From an uncultured Clostridia bacterium (GTDB taxonomy: Bacteria > Bacillota > Clostridia > TANB77 > CAG-508): a stretch of DNA of 64,000 bases. Under the pieces are notes generated by a model. It worked only from the letters and a program-made list of their open reading frames with translations, was not told where the DNA came from and did no database searches. The translations under genes were made by a program, and so were the position numbers. Positions 28,916 to 40,149 of the stretch are shown here, one piece after another; positions within the stretch are counted from its first letter, which is position 1; every line of letters starts with the position of its first letter. The DNA is taken from positions 16,346-80,345 of the forward strand of contig CALXPP010000003.1 of NCBI GenBank assembly GCA_944390345.1, written 5' to 3'.

Positions 28916-31301
28916 TTATAGATATTTTTTTATTGCTACTATGTTTCCTTTTTTATCGACTGTAATAGTTATTTCTCCTATTTCATCTGTTCTATATATC
29001 CTAACTTTATTTTCTGTTAGATTTTGTATTACACTGCTACTTGGATGTCCAAATTTATTGTTTTTTCCTACTCCTATTAAAGCATACTTAGGCTTCACTT
29101 CTTTCAAAAATTCTAAACTCGAAGAAGTTTTTGAACCATGATGTGCCACTTTTAAAATTGTAGCATTTAAGATATCTAAATTATTTTTATAAGTATTTAA
29201 AATTTCTTTTTCTGCTATTTCTTCAATATCACCTGTAAATAAAATACTAAAGTTTTTATATACTAATTTACTAACAATAGAATTATTATTTATTGGATTT
29301 TCTAAAATTTGCAACTCATCTTTAGGCCATAGTATATCCATATATAAATTTTCTTCAAAATTTATTCTGTCCCCTTGATTTACAAGATTAATCTTTATTG
29401 CTTTTTTTCTTGCTATTTTTAAGAATTCTTCAAGATTTTTACTATTTTCCTTTTGTTTAGAAATAAAAACCTCCCCTATTGAAATTTCTTCTATTATGCT
29501 AAAAATTCCTCCAATATGATCACTATCAAAATGAGATATAAATAAGAAATCTATTTTTTTAGCACCTTTGTTTATTAAAAAAGGAAATAATACATTTTTT
29601 CCATAATCATATCCTGGCTCTTTTCCTTCTCCTGCATCTATTACAATAAACTTATTATCTATTGTTTTTATTACTGTACAATCTCCTTGTCCTACATCTA
29701 AAAAATATATTTCTAGCTTTTTATTAACAATATTAGTTGTAGTTTGAAATAATAATATAAAAATTGTAAATATAATTATTACTTTAGCTTTTTTAAATTC
29801 TTTTATTCTTAATTTTATACTCTTTTTTCCACTTTTTAGTCTAAAGAAGTGCAAAAAATTTATTACTGTATTTTTCTTTACTTTATATATAATGAAAAAA
29901 ATCAATACATAGTATACTACTAAAAAAATAAAATTTGGTTTTTTTATATAAATCATTGAAAAAGGTAGTTTAGATAACAGCTCTACTAAGAAAAACAAGA
30001 TTTCTATTAATATAGTATTTATTTTACTAAATATATTAATAAAAATAAATTCTTCTAGAAAACTCAAATATCCTAATATAATAATTGGAGCTATTAGTGG
30101 TGCTGTTATTAAATTTGACAAAAAAGAAATTAAAGATATAGAATAAAAATTATACCAAAGTATTGGAAAAATAATAATTTGAACAGCAAAATTTAAACAA
30201 ATTTGTTCAAGACTAAAATTTATTATTTTCTTAATTATTTTACCTTTAAAAGCATTATGTATTATTTTTTTTGGAAAAATACTTTTAAAAATAAATTTAT
30301 AAAATAAAAAAATTCCTAAAACTCCACCAAAAGAAAGCCACATACCTACACTTTGAATATTATATGGATTAATTGCTAAAATAATAAATAATGATATACA
30401 CATATTATTTAAGAAACTACTTTTTCTATTTATACAAAAAGCTATTAAATTAACACTTTGAACAATTACTGACCTTATAGCAGAAACTGGATAATTTATA
30501 AAAATTAAAAAATTTACTAAAAAGCATATGATAATTATATATTTAAATTTCTTACTTATAGCTAATTTACTTAATAATTTCTTCAAAACTATTATTATGT
30601 AGCTTATGTGCATTCCGAGAAATTGCTATAATATGTGATAAATTACTTTTTTCAAAATTTAGACTTATTTCTTCTTCTAAAGTAGAAGTATCTCCTAGTA
30701 ACATGGCTTTTAAAAAATTGCAAATTTTTTCTTCATAAAACTTATCTAAACTTTCTTCTGATTTTTTTCTTATCTCTAATATATTTTTTATTAATTTAGT
30801 TTTTAAATCTTGTTTTTTTCCTATTTTTTCTACTTTATCTGTAAAAACTAGTCCTACAACATCTTTTTGTTTTAAATATTGTCTATAATCAAATTCATAT
30901 TCATTTCCAGCTGTTTCTGCCTTAACAAAGTCACCTTCTATAAATACATAATCTCCATATTCTAAATTTCCTAATTCTTTAGACACATATAGTCTTATAT
31001 TTCTACCTAATTTATCTTTAGCTATGTAAAAATCTGTATATTCTCCTGTTTGTCTTAAACTAACAATTATAAAGTTATTTTTTACTTTAAATTCTTCTGG
31101 TAAATTGTTTTTTATCTCTTTACTGCTGACATATAAAAATCCAATAGTCATCATTAAAGCGAAAATTAAAAATAAGCTTTTTTTATTGTTTTTATATAAA
31201 ATTATACCCAATATTATTAAAAAGACCAAAAAAATGAGACTATTTTTTATATATAGCCCCCAAAAAATTCCGAATAGAAAACTAACTAATACAACTAGCA
31301 T
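28916..31301 (-). CDS. comEC: DNA internalisation competence protein ComEC/Rec2; the two ORFs join by a +1 shift at CGG
   Basis: The N-terminal ORF (30567..31301) is DUF4131-like. The C-terminal ORF carries the competence domain plus a metallo-beta-lactamase domain (HFDSDHIGG, VAHHGSKTSS). The junction restores ..SHIIAIS-GMHISY.. (the ComEC AISG.H motif). The joined product is 794 aa. Confidence 0.85.
30615..30617 (-). other. in-frame CGG codon at a +1 frame junction (comEC)
   Basis: Context att tct CGG aat; this is codon 229 of ORF 30567..31301. Skipping the C (30617) reads GGA ATG CAC, which leads into ORF 28916..30613. Confidence 0.7.
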
Positions 31302-31326
31302 TTTCTACTCCTCTAATTTATTAAAT

Positions 31327-32703
31327 TTACTCTACTATTCTTCTTGCTGTAACAAATCTTGTATTATAGTATGAATTAGAACTTAATCCATCTATTACAA
31401 CTCCTCTTGTTGCATTTGCCGCATGTATAAATTCATCTGCTCCTAAATAAATTCCAACATGACCTATTTTTGTTTTTGCTTCATCATAAAACAATATTAA
31501 ATCTCCTACTTCCAATTCTTCTTTAGAAATTTCTTTTCCAATAGAAGTTTGATCAGCTGCAACTGAGCCTAAAGTATATCCAAAATTTTTAAATACATAT
31601 TTTGTAAAACCAGAACAATCAAAACCTGTTTCTGGTGACTTTCCTCCTAATACATATTTTAATCCTAAAAATTGTTTTGCAAAATCTGCTACTTCTTGGC
31701 CTTTATTATTTGTAGCTTCTATCTGTTTATTTTCCTCTACACCTACATTATTTTCTGTAGTAGTTTCTTCTGGTAAAGCTTTAGTTGTTACTGTTCTTTC
31801 TTCTACTAAACCTCTTGAACTTATTGTTCCTATTGTTATAAGTGGTTTTGAAACAAAGCCTTTTATATTTCCTGCTTCTATTTCATACCAATCTCCACTT
31901 TCGCTAACAATAGTAACTTCATCAAATTCATCTAGAGTATTTATTAAAGTTGCAGATGTACTAGCCTCTGCTCTTACATTTGCTGTTTCTACATTTACAT
32001 ATCCTTTTTTATTCACATTTGAATCTGCTGTTTCTTCTGGTTCTTCTGCCTCTGGTGTTGTAGCTGGCTCCTCAGTAGAATTTACTTCTTCTACTAAAGT
32101 TTTTGCTATCCAACCTTGGTTAGAATTTACTTCTATTTTTATCCAGTTTTCTAAATCATAAATAACAGTAACTTCATTTCCAGCTTCTATTCTAGTTAAA
32201 GAATTTGAAGAAAAAGTTGGTAATAGTTTTAGGTCTGTATCTAATCTTAATTTTACTTTTTTATTTTCTAAGCTTTGTGTTTCTGTCTCAGAATTTCCTT
32301 CTTCTGAAGAATTTTCTGTATTACTAGTTTCGTTTGCTACATTAGTATTTTCCTCTGAAGTATTATTAGTAGTATTACCTGTGACATTATTTGTGTTTTC
32401 ATCTGTAGTACTATCTGAGGGTTCTTCTGTTTCTTCAGCATCTTCGTTAGTAATATATTCTTTACTTGCATATCCTGTATTTCCATTAAAATTTATTTTA
32501 TACCAGTCTCCTGTTTCTCCTACAATTTCAACATTATCTCCCTCATATGCGACATCTAAAACAGTGGATTCTGTATTTGCTTCTGCTCTAATTCTTACAG
32601 CTTCTGTATTTACCCTACCAGTTGCTGCAAAAGAACAATTTATATTAGCAAATAGCAATATACTAATGCCTACACCATATATAATTTTTTTACTTTTTTT
32701 CAT
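31327..32703 (-). CDS. secreted NlpC/P60 (C40) cell-wall hydrolase with SH3b repeats
   Basis: It has a signal peptide and repeated GDWYKI/GWI SH3b-like modules separated by T/E/N-rich linkers. The C-terminus has GFDCSGFTKYVF and HVGIYLG. Confidence 0.85.
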   Translation of the reverse strand: MKKSKKIIYGVGISILLFANINCSFAATGRVNTEAVRIRAEANTESTVLDVAYEGDNVEIVGETGDWYKINFNGNTGYASKEYITNEDAEETEEPSDSTTDENTNNVTGNTTNNTSEENTNVANETSNTENSSEEGNSETETQSLENKKVKLRLDTDLKLLPTFSSNSLTRIEAGNEVTVIYDLENWIKIEVNSNQGWIAKTLVEEVNSTEEPATTPEAEEPEETADSNVNKKGYVNVETANVRAEASTSATLINTLDEFDEVTIVSESGDWYEIEAGNIKGFVSKPLITIGTISSRGLVEERTVTTKALPEETTTENNVGVEENKQIEATNNKGQEVADFAKQFLGLKYVLGGKSPETGFDCSGFTKYVFKNFGYTLGSVAADQTSIGKEISKEELEVGDLILFYDEAKTKIGHVGIYLGADEFIHAANATRGVVIDGLSSNSYYNTRFVTARRIVE

Positions 32704-32738
32704 CTAATCCATCCTTATTTTTTCTAAAATTCGCAAAT

Positions 32739-32767
32739 AGTATATTATCTTTTCTAAAATTTGTCAA
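32739..32767 (-). promoter_or_regulatory. sigma-A promoter TTGACA-17 nt-TATACT for the NlpC/P60-comEC unit
   Basis: On the minus strand, TTGACA is at 32767-32762 and TATACT at 32744-32739. Confidence 0.7.
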
Positions 32768-32855
32768 TCTTTAAAATATCTATTTTTGTCTACAAAAAAA
32801 CTCTTTTTTTACTATTTTTTAACTTTTCTCTTTATTTCTATATTTTTACAAAAAA

Positions 32856-32888
32856 ATAGGTATATTCTTAATATAAAAATATACCTAT
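32856..32888. terminator. bidirectional intrinsic terminator downstream of aspS
   Basis: Stem ATAGGTATAT / ATATACCTAT flanked by A7 and T7 runs. Confidence 0.8.
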
Positions 32889-32894
32889 TTTTTT

Positions 32895-34655
32895 CTAATC
32901 TTTTAAATCTAATTTTATGTGTACTTCTTCTAATTGTTTGTCAGATACTTTAGAAGGTGCATTCATAAGCACATCTCTAGCTTTTTTGTTTTTTGGAAAA
33001 GCTATTACTTCTCTAATATTTTCTTCTTTTGCAAGTAGCATTACTATTCTATCTAAGCCAGGTGCTGCCCCAGCATGAGGTGGCGTACCATAACTGAAGG
33101 CATTAAATAATGCTCCAAATTTATTTTTTACATCTTCTACGGTATATCCTGCTATCTCAAAAGCTTTTATCATAATATCTTGGTCATGATTTCTTACTGC
33201 ACCAGAAGCAAGCTCATAGCCATTACATACTAAATCGTATTGATACGCATAAATATCTAATGGATTTTTTGTTTCTAAAGCTTCCATACCTCCTTGTGGC
33301 ATAGAAAAAGGATTATGATTAAAATCTATAGTACCTTCATCTGATAATTCATACATTGGAAAATCCACTATGAAACAAAATCTAAATACATTTTTTTCTA
33401 ATAAATCTAGCTCTTCTGCAAGCTTTATTCTTACTCCTCCTGCTATTTTTTGTGCTTTTTCTAGCTCATCTGCTACAAAGAAAATAGCATCTTCTGGTTT
33501 TATATCCATCTTTTCAAAGATTTTATCTTTTCTTTCTTCATCTATAAATTTACTAATTCCACCATTTAAGCTTTTATTTGCTTCTACTTTTACCCAAGCT
33601 AAGCCTTTTGCAGATAATTCTTCTTGTGCAAAATTACCCATTGCATCAAAAAACTTTCTTGATTTTTCTAACATATTTGGAACTCTAATTGCCTTTATAG
33701 TTTTATTTTTAAAAGCATTAAATTCTGTATTTTCAAATATTTCTGTTAAATCTACTATTACTAACGGATTTCTTAAATCTGGCTTATCTGTACCATATTT
33801 TTCCATAGCTTCCTTATATGGTATTCTTAAAAATTTTCCTTCATCTACTTTGTAATCTGTATTCTTTTTAAATACACTAGGAACTACTTTTTCTATTACA
33901 TTTAAAACATCTTCTTGTGTTGCAAAACTCATTTCAAAATCTAATTGATAAAATTCTCCTGGTGAACGATCTGCTCTTGGGTCTTCATCTCTAAAGCAAG
34001 GAGCTATTTGATAATATTTATCAAAACCAGATACCATAAGTAATTGTTTAAATTGTTGTGGAGCTTGTGGAAGTGCATAAAATTCTCCTTGATGTAATCT
34101 ACTTGGTACTAAGAAATCTCTAGCCCCTTCAGGTGAAGAATTTGCAAGTATCGGTGTTTGTATTTCAGTAAAACCAAGCTCATCCATAGCATTTCTAAAA
34201 TCTTTCATTATCTTAGAACGAAGCTTTATATTTTGATGAATTTTATTATTTCTTAAATCCAAAAATCTATATTCTAATCTTAGATCTTCTCTAACATTCT
34301 GATTTTCTATATTTATTTCAAAAGGTAAACTACCTCTACATTTTCCAAGTACTGTAATATTTTTTGCTACAATTTCTATATCTCCAGTAGAAATTTTATC
34401 GTTTTTACTACTTCTTTCTACAACTTTTCCAGATACTGTAATTGTACACTCTTTGTTTATATCTTTTATTTCCTTTTCAAAGTTTTCTACATCTGAAATA
34501 ACTATTTGTGTAATTCCAAATTCATCTCTTAGATCTATAAACATCATTTTTCCAAGATTTCTTATGGTTTGTACAAATCCTGCTAAACGAACTTCCTCAT
34601 TTATATTTGTAGCTCTCAATTCACCACAATTATGTGTTCTATATATATTTGCCAT
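32895..34655 (-). CDS. aspS: aspartate--tRNA ligase (bacterial type)
   Basis: 586 aa with FIDLRD, QSPQ-like LPQAPQQFKQLLM, FRDEDPRADR and GLDRIVMLL. Confidence 0.95.
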   Translation of the reverse strand: MANIYRTHNCGELRATNINEEVRLAGFVQTIRNLGKMMFIDLRDEFGITQIVISDVENFEKEIKDINKECTITVSGKVVERSSKNDKISTGDIEIVAKNITVLGKCRGSLPFEINIENQNVREDLRLEYRFLDLRNNKIHQNIKLRSKIMKDFRNAMDELGFTEIQTPILANSSPEGARDFLVPSRLHQGEFYALPQAPQQFKQLLMVSGFDKYYQIAPCFRDEDPRADRSPGEFYQLDFEMSFATQEDVLNVIEKVVPSVFKKNTDYKVDEGKFLRIPYKEAMEKYGTDKPDLRNPLVIVDLTEIFENTEFNAFKNKTIKAIRVPNMLEKSRKFFDAMGNFAQEELSAKGLAWVKVEANKSLNGGISKFIDEERKDKIFEKMDIKPEDAIFFVADELEKAQKIAGGVRIKLAEELDLLEKNVFRFCFIVDFPMYELSDEGTIDFNHNPFSMPQGGMEALETKNPLDIYAYQYDLVCNGYELASGAVRNHDQDIMIKAFEIAGYTVEDVKNKFGALFNAFSYGTPPHAGAAPGLDRIVMLLAKEENIREVIAFPKNKKARDVLMNAPSKVSDKQLEEVHIKLDLKD

Positions 34656-34678
34656 TTTTATTATTCCTTTCTGCTTGT

Positions 34679-35185
34679 TTATCTTGTTCTCTCTTGTCTC
34701 TCGTGTCCACCTTTTTCTCTAGCATCTGCTTCTTTTTGGTTTACTTTTGTATCTACTTTTAGATCTTCAAATTCATTTGGTAAATCTAAATATTCTTTTT
34801 CTTCTTTCTTTTTTCTTCTCTTTTTCTTAGCTGTATCTACAATTGTTTGTGCCTCTAACTCACTTTTGGCATTTTTTAAAGCCTCTTCATCTATTTCTGG
34901 CTCATTTTCATCTCTTCCAAAAGTATATTTTGTGCTAGTAGCTTTTTTCATTTCTACATCAACAATCTGTTGCTGTTTTATTAATATTGCAATTCTTTTC
35001 AAATCTGTTTCTATCTCTTTTTTCTTCTTTGCATCAAACTCTTTTAGTAAGGCTTTTTTTAATTCAATTTCTATATCTTCTAGTGTTTCTTCCGAATTAT
35101 TTTCTTGTTCTGCATTAGTAGGTAAACTTAATAATGTTTTTCTTATTTCTGCAGGTGTTGGATTTTCACGATTATAATTTTCCAT
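34679..35185 (-). CDS. highly charged (K/E-rich) hypothetical protein
   Basis: 168-aa ORF upstream of aspS on the same strand, with purine-rich codon usage typical of this genome. The mirror ORF on the plus strand is rejected. Confidence 0.5.
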   Translation of the reverse strand: MENYNRENPTPAEIRKTLLSLPTNAEQENNSEETLEDIEIELKKALLKEFDAKKKKEIETDLKRIAILIKQQQIVDVEMKKATSTKYTFGRDENEPEIDEEALKNAKSELEAQTIVDTAKKKRRKKKEEKEYLDLPNEFEDLKVDTKVNQKEADAREKGGHERQERTR

Positions 35186-35297
35186 AATTTCAGTCTTATA
35201 TAGACCTTTTCACCTCTCTTTTCTATAAAACATTCTAGTGGTATTATAACAAAAAAGACCTTGCAAGGCAAGGCTTTTTACACATTTTAAAACTGTT

Positions 35298-36683
35298 TTA
35301 ACTCATATAATCTTTTAATCTCTTACTTCTACTAGGATGTCTTAATTTTCTAAGTGCTTTTGCTTCAATTTGACGGATTCTTTCACGAGTTACTTGAAAT
35401 TCTCTACCTACTTCTTCTAGAGTTCTTGCTTTTCCATCTTCTAATCCAAAACGAAGTTTTAGCACTTTAGCTTCTCTAGGTGTTAGGGTACTCATAACAT
35501 CTTCTAGTTGCTCTTTTAGTAAAGTATAAGCTGCAGAATCGTGTGGTGCAGGAGATTCATCATCTGGTATAAAATCTCCTAAATGACTATCATCTTCTTC
35601 TCCTATTGGTGTTTCCAAAGAAACTGGGTCTTGTGCAATTTTTTGAATTTCCATTACTTTTTCAACAGGAATTTCCATCTCTTCTGCTATTTCTTCTGGC
35701 GTTGGTTCTCTTCCTAAAAGTTGAAGTAAATGTCTTGAAGTACGAATTAATTTATTAATAGTCTCTACCATATGAACTGGAATACGAATTGTTCTTGCTT
35801 GGTCTGCTATAGCTCTTGTAATAGCTTGTCTAATCCACCAAGTTGCATAAGTAGAAAATTTATATCCTTTCTTATAATCAAATTTTTCTACTGCTTTTAT
35901 TAATCCCATATTTCCTTCTTGAATCAAATCTAAAAATAGCATTCCTCTTCCCACATATTTTTTTGCAATGCTAACAACTAATCTTAAATTTGATTCAGCA
36001 AGCTTTTGCTTAGCTTCTTCATCATTTTCTAACACTCTTTTTGCTAATTCTAATTCCTCATCAAAAGAAAGTAGTGGTATTCTTCCTATCTCTTTTAGAT
36101 ACATTCTAACAGGATCATCTACACTAACTCCATCCATATTAGTAACATCTAAATCTTCTATTTTTATATCTTCTACTTCTTCTAAATCTTCTATGTCTGG
36201 TTCTAATAAATCATCATCATCTTTTAATACATTTACACCTAATTCTTCAAAAGCATCAAAAACTTTATCTATTTCTTCTGGATTTGCTTCTCCAAGTTCT
36301 GCTGCAAGTTCACCATAAGTAATTTTTCCTTTTTCTTTTGCAGTTTTTAGGATTTTCATTACTTTTTCTTTCTCTTTATTATCTGATATTTGAACATCTA
36401 TAGTTTTATTATTTTCTTCCTTTGTTTCTGGATTTTTTTCTGTCTTTTTAGTTTCTTTTGAAGCTTTTTCATTTACTGTTTCTGTTTTAGTTTTTGTAGT
36501 TTTTTTAGCTTCATTTGCTTTTTCTTCTTGCTTTGCTTCTTTTTTAGTCTTTTTTACCTCTTCTTTTTTTGTTTCTTCTTTTATTTCTTTTTGATTCTCA
36601 AGCTTTTTTTCATCTTTTCTTTTTGGAGTTTTCTTTACCTTTTCTTCTATTTCTTCTGATTTAGCTTGTTCTATTTTCTTCAT
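35298..36683 (-). CDS. rpoD: primary RNA polymerase sigma factor (sigma-70/SigA)
   Basis: 461 aa with a K/E-rich N-terminus and regions 2-4 ([41 protein letters not shown]). Confidence 0.95.
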   Translation of the reverse strand: MKKIEQAKSEEIEEKVKKTPKRKDEKKLENQKEIKEETKKEEVKKTKKEAKQEEKANEAKKTTKTKTETVNEKASKETKKTEKNPETKEENNKTIDVQISDNKEKEKVMKILKTAKEKGKITYGELAAELGEANPEEIDKVFDAFEELGVNVLKDDDDLLEPDIEDLEEVEDIKIEDLDVTNMDGVSVDDPVRMYLKEIGRIPLLSFDEELELAKRVLENDEEAKQKLAESNLRLVVSIAKKYVGRGMLFLDLIQEGNMGLIKAVEKFDYKKGYKFSTYATWWIRQAITRAIADQARTIRIPVHMVETINKLIRTSRHLLQLLGREPTPEEIAEEMEIPVEKVMEIQKIAQDPVSLETPIGEEDDSHLGDFIPDDESPAPHDSAAYTLLKEQLEDVMSTLTPREAKVLKLRFGLEDGKARTLEEVGREFQVTRERIRQIEAKALRKLRHPSRSKRLKDYMS

Positions 36684-36699
36684 ACTAATTAATACCCTC

Positions 36700-38487
36700 C
36701 TACTTCTTTTTAGCTAATTCTATAATAATATTATTTAATTCTGTTTCTAATTTAGCTATTTCTTCTTCTGTAAGCTTTTCTGTATTATCTAATTTTTTTA
36801 TAATTTCCATTTTTCTATTGTTTAGTCTCTCTTTATTATAAATAATTATAATATCTTCTATACATTTTTCTACTGAAGTAATCTCATAATCAGTAACCAT
36901 AATCTCACTTATATGTGCTTGTAAATCTTGGTCTTCTATATTTGAAACAATAGATAAAATATTATCTTTATTTGCATCTTTTGCATCTACTATAGCCTTA
37001 AAAATTTTTTTATTAATTTCTACTTTAAAATCTTCTTCTGTAATTTCTTTAGTTATTTTTTCAAAAGCTTCATCATAATTGTTTATTAATAAATATAAAA
37101 TCATTTTTTCTCTTTTAATTATTGCTTCACTAATTTCTTCAGTTTTTATTACAGAGCTATTAATTTTACGATTTAAAATTTCTTTACTTGGTGCTTTTGA
37201 ATATGCCAGTTTGTTTACTTCTGCATAGATTGCTTCTTTTGATATATTATATTTTTCAGCTACTTTTTCAATATAAATTTCTCTTTCTATTTTATTTTCA
37301 ACTTGTGCTAAAATTTTTGTTATCTCTTTTAAAAATTTTACTTTATCAGTTGCATTTTCTAAATTATATTTATTTTTTAGCATTTTAATCCTAAATTCCA
37401 CTAATGAAATTGCATTATCTACTAAAAGCTTAAATCTACCACTTCCATATTTTATAATATATTCATCTGGATCTTTTGCACCTTCCATTTGTATAACTCT
37501 TGCATCACATCCTAATTTATTTAAAATTTCTAAAGCTCTCAAAATAGCTTCTTGTCCTGCTCCATCTGAATCATAACTTAATATTACTTGCTCTGCATAT
37601 CTAGCTAAGAGCCTTCCTTGTTCTTCTGTTAAAGCAGTTCCAAGAGATGCCACAACATTGTGAACTCCTCTTTGATGAAGAGATATAGCATCCATATAAC
37701 CTTCAACTAAAATTAGCTTTTTTTCATTAGATTGTTTTGCAATATTTAATGCAAATAAATGCTTTTTCTTTGAGTATATTAAATTTTCGTTAGAATTAAT
37801 ATATTTTGCCATTTTCTCATTGTTGTCTAATCTTCTACCCCCGAAAGCAACTACTTTTCCGTTTACAGTCATGATTGGAAACATTAATCTTCTACGAAAA
37901 CGATCTATAAATTCTCCTCTATCATTTTTATTTACAAGCCCTGTTGCTAGGATTTCTTCATCTTTAAAACCTTTTGCCTTAAGCATTTTATATAGTTCAT
38001 TATACTCTCCAGAATATCCTATCTTAAAAGATTTTAAAGTATTATTATCCATTTTTCTTTGTTTTACATAGTCTTGTGCAATTTTTGCTAGTGGCTTGTA
38101 CAATCTTTCGTGATAAAACATTGCTGTTTCTATGTTTATTTTAAACATTCTATCTTTTAAATACTGTTTTGCATTAAATGCTTCATTTTGTGTAGTTGGT
38201 AATTGAATATTCGCTCTTTCTGCTAAGATTTCAACACTTTCTTTAAAAGATACTTTTTCTATTTCACTTATAAAAGTGAATACATCTCCTCCTTTATGAC
38301 ATCCAAAGCAATGGAAATATTGTCTATCTGGCGAAACAGAAAAAGAAGGTGATTTTTCATTATGAAAAGGACATAGACCAAAGTAATTTCTTCCACTTCT
38401 TTTTAATACAACATATTGAGATATGACTTCAACAATATCATTTGCAGATCGAATTTCTTCTTTTAATTCATTACTATATTGAACCAT
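36700..38487 (-). CDS. dnaG: DNA primase
   Basis: 595 aa with the zinc finger [25 protein letters not shown] and the Toprim motif EGYMD. Confidence 0.95.
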   Translation of the reverse strand: MVQYSNELKEEIRSANDIVEVISQYVVLKRSGRNYFGLCPFHNEKSPSFSVSPDRQYFHCFGCHKGGDVFTFISEIEKVSFKESVEILAERANIQLPTTQNEAFNAKQYLKDRMFKINIETAMFYHERLYKPLAKIAQDYVKQRKMDNNTLKSFKIGYSGEYNELYKMLKAKGFKDEEILATGLVNKNDRGEFIDRFRRRLMFPIMTVNGKVVAFGGRRLDNNEKMAKYINSNENLIYSKKKHLFALNIAKQSNEKKLILVEGYMDAISLHQRGVHNVVASLGTALTEEQGRLLARYAEQVILSYDSDGAGQEAILRALEILNKLGCDARVIQMEGAKDPDEYIIKYGSGRFKLLVDNAISLVEFRIKMLKNKYNLENATDKVKFLKEITKILAQVENKIEREIYIEKVAEKYNISKEAIYAEVNKLAYSKAPSKEILNRKINSSVIKTEEISEAIIKREKMILYLLINNYDEAFEKITKEITEEDFKVEINKKIFKAIVDAKDANKDNILSIVSNIEDQDLQAHISEIMVTDYEITSVEKCIEDIIIIYNKERLNNRKMEIIKKLDNTEKLTEEEIAKLETELNNIIIELAKKK

Positions 38488-38614
38488 TACTTCATACCTT
38501 TCAAATATATTATTCGACAGATTGTTTTTAAATCCTTCCTTTTTTATAGAAAAGTGTACATAATTTATTTACTTTTCTCTATATATGATATTTTTTTCTA
38601 AAACCAGCAAAAAA

Positions 38615-38638
38615 ATGATATACTTTATAGTATATCAT
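38615..38638 (-). terminator. intrinsic terminator after the carD-like gene
   Basis: Perfect 10-bp stem ATGATATACT / AGTATATCAT, with a T-run on the minus strand. Confidence 0.75.
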
Positions 38639-38664
38639 CTTTCGTTTTTATGTATTAATAAAAA

Positions 38665-39228
38665 TTAGGCTTGTATAAATTTCTTCATCACTTTTGGATT
38701 TGAAATTTCTTCTTGAGTAGTGTTTTCTAACATTGCATTATGCATTTCATAAGAAGTATTAATTTTGTCTTCTACTATTTGTTCCACTTCTTCTTTATTT
38801 TTATCTCCTGCTAAAACTAATTCACTAACTAAAATTTGTTTTGCATTTAATAACATCTTTTTTTCTGTTGTAGATAAGCCTTTATCTTTTTGTTTAAAAG
38901 TTAAATTTCTTACAATATCTGCAACTTCGTAGATATTTCCTGATTTCATTTTTTCTACATTTTCTCTATATCTTTTGTTCCATTTCATAGACATTTCTGT
39001 ACATTCTTGTTCTAGTACATTTATTACTTTTCCGGCTGTTTCTTTGTCTATAATATTCCTTACTCCAATCTCTTCAGCTTTGGCAGTAGGTACCATAACT
39101 TTAACTTCTCCTGGCATTTTAATAATGTAATAAGATTGCTTCTCATCACCAATAGCTTTTTCTTCTATTGACTGAATAATACCAGCTCCGTGCATTGGAT
39201 ATACTATCTTATCTCCTACTTTAAACAT
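38665..39228 (-). CDS. CarD/CdnL-family transcription regulator
   Basis: MFKVGDKIVYPMHGAGIIQSIEEK is CarD_TRCF-like. The ATG at 39228 follows a GGAAGGAG SD; the track start at 39246 lies within or upstream of that SD. Confidence 0.85.
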   Translation of the reverse strand: MFKVGDKIVYPMHGAGIIQSIEEKAIGDEKQSYYIIKMPGEVKVMVPTAKAEEIGVRNIIDKETAGKVINVLEQECTEMSMKWNKRYRENVEKMKSGNIYEVADIVRNLTFKQKDKGLSTTEKKMLLNAKQILVSELVLAGDKNKEEVEQIVEDKINTSYEMHNAMLENTTQEEISNPKVMKKFIQA

Positions 39229-39272
39229 TTTGGTCACTCCTTCCAAGTAATTCTCTTAATTACTACATTTCT

Positions 39273-39301
39273 ATTATACTACAAAATCTACCAAAAGTCA
39301 A
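39273..39301 (-). promoter_or_regulatory. sigma-A promoter TTGACT-17 nt-TATAAT for the carD-like gene
   Basis: On the minus strand, TTGACT is at 39301-39296 and TATAAT at 39278-39273. Confidence 0.7.
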
Positions 39302-39371
39302 AGTTTTTTACCAATATTTACATAAGAAATCAAATGTTATTATAGCAAATAAACCTTGAAACTGCTAGAAA

Positions 39372-39419
39372 AAAAGCTATTTAAAAATTTGATAAAATTT
39401 AAATTTTTTAATAGCTTTT
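39372..39419 (-). terminator. AT-rich hairpin terminator after dut
   Basis: Outer stem AAAAGCTATT / AATAGCTTTT enclosing a self-complementary AT loop. Confidence 0.55.
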
Positions 39420-39463
39420 CATATTCTTTATTATTTTGTTTTTTATTTTCTAGTTTCTTCTTT

Positions 39464-39925
39464 TTATTTGTTTGTAGAACCAAATCCACCTTTTCTAACA
39501 CCCTCAGCATTATCATTGTCTACTACTAAATATTTCATAAATATTGCTTGTCCTATTGCATCACCTTTTTTTATCTCAACATCATGGTCAAAGAAATTAT
39601 AAAAAGCAAACATAAAATGTCCATCATTATCTTCATTTTCATAATAATCGCTATCTATAATTCCAACACTATTTGCCATTACTAATCCTCTTTTACCTGG
39701 ATTTGAACTTCTATTGCAAAGCATATAAAATTCATCTGGCTCACAATATGCTTTTAAACCTGTTTTTACTAATGTTGGTTTTTGTCCTGGTTTAAAAGCT
39801 GGAATTATTGTATCTTCAGCAGCTTCTATATCATATCCTGCTGAATTTTTTGTTTTTCTTACTGGCAAATTAATTCCTTTATTTTCCCAACCTTTTGCTA
39901 TTTCAAAGCCTCTTTTTCTTTCCAT
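39464..39925 (-). CDS. dut: dUTP diphosphatase (trimeric dUTPase family)
   Basis: 153 aa with SAGYDI, NSVGIIDSDY and GGFGSTN. Confidence 0.88.
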   Translation of the reverse strand: MERKRGFEIAKGWENKGINLPVRKTKNSAGYDIEAAEDTIIPAFKPGQKPTLVKTGLKAYCEPDEFYMLCNRSSNPGKRGLVMANSVGIIDSDYYENEDNDGHFMFAFYNFFDHDVEIKKGDAIGQAIFMKYLVVDNDNAEGVRKGGFGSTNK

Positions 39926-40149
39926 TTTCTACTGTCTATACGATTTTATTAAATTCAATCGTACACTCCTTTCTTTTTTTCTCATTATATAATCTTAAAT
40001 TTAAAAATTCAAGTACTTTTATTTTCATTTTACTTATTATTTTTAAAGTATTTTAACTTAATTTGTGCTTTTAAAAATAATAACTTATAATTTTAATAGC
40101 AAAAGAGTAGCAATCTGCTCTAAGCAATTGCCACTCTTTTACATAAATT

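Noticed and set aside
28887-29141. An 84-aa plus-strand ORF lies after module B.
   Set aside because: It starts inside the bidirectional terminator and runs antisense to the comEC 3-prime end.
33370-33855. A 161-aa plus-strand ORF lies inside aspS. The same reasoning covers 2602..3045, 3472..3660, 3776..4126, 6420..6707, 12844..13083, 17427..17744, 35968..36318 and 37820..38071.
   Set aside because: All are antisense to well-supported conserved genes. Long spurious antisense ORFs are expected in purine-skewed AT-rich coding DNA.
34632-35177. A 181-aa plus-strand ORF mirrors the 168-aa minus-strand ORF.
   Set aside because: Its F/S/L/C-rich low-complexity translation is the typical antisense shadow of a K/E-rich gene. 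It has no SD, and the minus-strand ORF fits the operon with aspS.
35186-35297. I looked for a T-box or riboswitch leader for aspS.
   Set aside because: aspS is directly preceded by a 168-aa ORF. The short intergenic region shows no specifier or T-box motif (no AGGGUGGNACCGCG-like sequence).
39926-39975. A hairpin (TACGATT/AATCGTA) between a distant AAGGAG and the dut ATG might be a structure-mediated SD-bridging element.
   Set aside because: Even with the hairpin folded, the SD-AUG distance would be ~15 nt. The evidence is too weak, so it is likely just a leader hairpin.
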